Assembly: GCF_004010195.1 (NCBI RefSeq)
Contig: NC_057719.1
Span: forward strand, 21,102,979 to 21,155,271
Source of the DNA: Chiloscyllium plagiosum
Lineage: Eukaryota
DNA length: 52,293 nt
Direction: 5' to 3'
Shown here: positions 48,773 through 52,293 of the stretch, one piece after another
Layout: each line of letters begins with the position of its first letter
Position numbering within the stretch: the stretch's first letter is position 1
Notes under the pieces: generated by a model
The model's input: only the letters and a program-made list of their open reading frames with translations
Database searches by the model: none
Told to the model about the DNA's origin: nothing
Translations under genes and position numbers: made by a program

Positions 48773-49108
48773 GGCATCTTCTCCATGTCCTTACCCAAAC
48801 CCCTACGTACCATGGTCTGCTATTACACTTAACCCATTGTTAGCCATGAATTGCTAATCATTCTTCCAGGCTGATCATCATCCACTCCTTTATCTGTTCA
48901 ACTGTTTTTCAGTCTCTTTGGGCTCTATCCCCACCCATCATTAACTTCTTATACCATCCCTCCCCCCCACTCCCTATTTTCTACATACCAAACAACATTT
49001 TCCTGGTTACCATCAGTTCTGAGGAAGGATCACTGGACCTGAAACAATCACTGTCCACAGATTCTGCTAGACCCGCTGAGATTTTCCAACAATTTCTGTT
49101 TTTGTTTG
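48605..49108 (+). mobile_element. 5'-truncated Penelope-like retrotransposon ending in the family C hammerhead module
   Basis: ORF end, pyrimidine-rich 3' region, then cagttctgaggaaggatcactggacctgaaac (49013-49045) and the family C 3' segment. Confidence 0.8.
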
Positions 49109-49174
49109 GGACAAAATTACTGGTTGACACAATCTCCAGAAGAAGAGAAATTGGAATCTTAATAAACTTCTGGA

Positions 49175-49842
49175 TGTTGGAGGTGTCGTTGACAGTATAG
49201 AGGGCTGTTGTAGTCTGCAGCGGGACATTGACAGGATGCAGAGATGGGCTGAGAGGTGGCAGATGGAGTTCAACCTGGATAAATGGAGGTGATGCATTTT
49301 GGAAGGTCGAATTTGAAAGCGGAGTACAGGATTAAGGATAGCATTCTTGGCAGTGTGGAGGAACAGAGGGATCTTGGGGTGCAGGTACATAGATCCCGTA
49401 AAATGGCCACCCAAGTGGACAGGGTTGCTAAGAAAGCATATGATGTTTTGGCTTTCGTTAACAGGGGGATTGAGTTTAAGAGTCGTGAGATCTTGTTGCA
49501 GCTCTATAAAACTTTGGTTAGACCGCACTTGGATAGATAGAGTCGATAGCCAGAGATTATTTCCCAGGGCAGAAATGACTAACATGAGGGGTCATAGTTT
49601 TAAGCTGGTTGGAGGAAAGTATAGAGGGGATGTCAGAGGCGGGTTCTTTACACAGAGAGTTGTGAGAGCATGGAATGCGTTGCCAGCAGCAGTTGTGGAG
49701 GCAGGGTCATTGGGGACATTTAAGAGACTGCTGGACATGCATATGGTCACAGAAATGTGAGGGTGCATACATGAGGATCCGTGGTCGGCACAACATCATG
49801 GGTTGAATGGCCTGTTCTGTGCTGTACTGTTCTATGTTCTAT
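49175..49842 (+). mobile_element. CR1 LINE 3' region with internal deletion
   Basis: EVMHFGRSNLKAEY..LQLYKTLVRPHL joined to DRVDSQRLFPR..RGHSFKL; (gttctat)n tail. Confidence 0.9.
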
Positions 49843-50026
49843 AAGAAGGGATTTCTGAATATGTGAGGATCTTGCTTTCATTTTGTAAAAGGCTTTTGTA
49901 AAATCAAGATATAATTTTTAAAATTTATCATCGTACTCTGCAGATACTTTTATAAAGCATTTTTACATGTAGTAAATGGATTATTTTTGGTTCATAAAGT
50001 GAACAGACATGTTATTAGTCATGTCA

Positions 50027-50148
50027 AGATTAGAGTAGTACTGACAAAGCACAGCAGGTAAGGCAGCATCCGAGGAGCAGGAAAATTGATGTTTCGGGCA
50101 AAAGTCCTTCATCAGGAATCTCCAGCATCTGCAGTACCCACTTTCGCC
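50027..50148. mobile_element. Family A element: tail-less minus arm joined to a plus-strand 3' tail
   Basis: 50027-50119 is the minus body; 50119-50148 tctccagcatctgcagtacccactttcgcc is the tail in the opposite orientation. Confidence 0.8.
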
Positions 50149-51116
50149 GACATTGTTATTCATCACTATATATCTCAAAAATACCAAAGATATTGGCCAT
50201 TCTGAGAAGATGTTAAAAAGACGGTCAGTCAGAAGACTGATTGTGAATACTTAAAGCATAAACTCTCAGGAGCAGGCTTGTTCAGAAAAAATATGGGTTA
50301 TGGTATTCTGTCTTCATGGAAAGAATTGACCTTAAACAAAGCTGCATTAACATATTCTGCTCTTGAACCACAGAGACTGATAGCATTGGTGTTTGCTTCT
50401 GAATCTTACCATCAGCAGTGCATCATGTATTTGAGTGGCACAACAGGTTTCATTTGCACACAGGCGACCTCAATATTTACTAAGATGAGTGCAGCTACAA
50501 TTTGACAGGGTATGACATGCTAACATCAGGCAAGCATGACCTACTTTATGAGAGGGCAATAGGAAAGGGAACGGATGGATGTACATCAGTGCCTGTGTGG
50601 AGAAAACTTACTAATGAACATCCTTCAAGTGCAGAGCACTTCAAAATACACACCAACAACAAGCACTTGTTAATTTAAAATTCAATTCCACTGAAGCACT
50701 ATTTTTATTTGAAAATGTATCTAGCTTCAACATTGGGATACTTGCATTCAGTCTCAAAATGTGATGGTATATAGCATTTGTAAACAATCTGTTGGCACGA
50801 CTGGACAAGTCAGATCCCACAATGAGTCTGAGGTTAATAGATTTTTAAAATAGTTTAATTAACACAATGATCCTCCACTGAAGTATAGTCGTACAAAGAT
50901 ATAAAGGTTCTTTGACAATGAAACAGATGTTTATTGCACAAAAGCCAGAAAAAGAAAATAAATAAAACAAAGTGAGTTATCTAGAAGTAGGACACAGTTT
51001 TCCAGATTTAAAAAAAAACAGTGCTCTCGCATTCATCACCTTGTTGGTCTTCTAGGTCTTGTTCCAGGATCTAGTTTAGCTTTAGAAAACAGACTTTTTG
51101 CACATAGATACCCAAT

Positions 51117-52293
51117 GTCATAGAGTCATAGAGATGTACAGCATGGAAACAGACCTTTCGGTCCAACCCGTCCATGCCAACCAGATATCCCATCCCAATC
51201 TAGTCCCACCTGCCAGCACCCGGCCCATATCCCTCCAAACCCTTCCTATTCATATACATATCCAAATGCCTTTTAAATGTTGCAATTGTACCATCCTCCA
51301 CCACATCCTCTGGCAGCTCATTCCATACACGTACCATCCTCTGCGTGAAAAAGTTACCCCTTAGGTCTCTTTTATATCTTTCCTCTCTCACCCTAAACCA
51401 ATGCCCTCTAGTTCTGGAATCCCCGACCCCAGAGAAAATACTTTGTCCATTTATCCTATCCATGCCCCTCATAATTTTGTGAACCTCTATAAGGTCACCC
51501 CTCAGCCTCCGCGGTCCAGGGAAATCAGATCCAGCCTGTTCAGCCTCTCCCAATAGCTCGATCCTCCAACCCTGGGAAATCTTTTCTGAAATCTTTCAAG
51601 TTTCACAAAATCGTTCCGATAGTAGGAAGACCAGAACTGCATGCAATATTCCAACAGTGGCCTAACCAATGTCCTGTACAACTGCAACATGACCTCCCAA
51701 CTCTCGTACTCAATGCTCTGACCAACAAAGGAAAGCATACCAAATGCCTTCTTCACTATCCTATCTACCTGCGACTCCACTTTCAAGGAGCTATGAGCCT
51801 GCACTCCAAAGACTCTTTGTTCAGCAACACTCCCTCGGACCTTACCATTAAGTGTATAAGTTATGCTAAGATTTGCTTTCCCAAAATGCAGCACCTCACA
51901 TTTATCTGAATTAAACTCGATCTGCCACTTCTCAGCCCATTGGCCCATCTGGTCTAGATCCTGTTGTAATCTGAGGTAACCCTCTTCGCTGTCCACTACA
52001 CGTCCAATTTTGGTGTCATCTGCAAACTTACTAACTGTACCTCTTATGCTCGCATCCAAATCACTTACATAAATAACAAAAAGTAGAGGGCCCAGCACCG
52101 ATCCTTGTGGCACTCTACTGGTCACGGGCCTCCAGTCTGAAAAACAACCCTCCACCACCACCCTCTGTCTTCTACCTTTGAGCCAGTTCTGTATCCAAAT
52201 GGCTAGTTCTCCCTGTATTCCATGAGATCTAACCTTGCTAATCAGTCTCCCATGGGGAACCTTGTCGAATGCCTTACTGAAGTCCATATAGAT
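51117..52293 (-). mobile_element. CR1/HER1 LINE, relatively young, cut by window edge
   Basis: (catagagt)n tail at left; long RT reading frame. Confidence 0.95.
51502..52287 (-). pseudogene. CR1 ORF2 reverse transcriptase domain
   Basis: [39 protein letters not shown]; frameshift near the C-terminus. Confidence 0.93.

Noticed and set aside
3711..50148. CRISPR-like interpretation of recurring palindromic repeats
   Set aside because: Copies are dispersed with TSDs and no regular spacers, in eukaryotic DNA with no cas genes
50789..51100. Possible additional LTR fragment
   Set aside because: Only a vague resemblance to LTR starts; no matching end or TSD could be defined
1..52293. Short ORFs in the six-frame track as host genes
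   Set aside because: Most overlap SINE, LINE or LTR remnants or are chance frames; none gave a recognisable host protein

Overview
Vertebrate, repeat-rich, intronic or intergenic DNA. HE1-type V-SINEs and HER1/CR1 LINEs point to a shark or ray (inferred from repeat families only). No intact host protein-coding gene was recognised. The window is a mosaic of decayed retroelements: many CR1 fragments, eight HE1-like SINEs, L2, RTE and Rex1/Babar remnants, two solo LTRs, and a ~9.3 kb nest of Gmr1-clade Ty3/gypsy LTR retrotransposons (order gag-PR-IN-RT-RH, tRNA-Pro-like PBS). The most interesting signal is ~18 short insertions from three sequence families (A, B, C). Each family carries a minimal hammerhead-ribozyme core (CUGA.GA-A-stem II-GAAA-palindrome-UH) with family-specific compensatory stems. 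One family-C copy still carries the C-terminus of a Penelope-like GIY-YIG ORF. Many copies are inverted hairpin pairs within target-site duplications, one arm consistently lacks the 3'-terminal ~30-60 nt, and two insertions duplicate or capture neighbouring host DNA. All calls were made by eye, so boundaries of old repeats are approximate.
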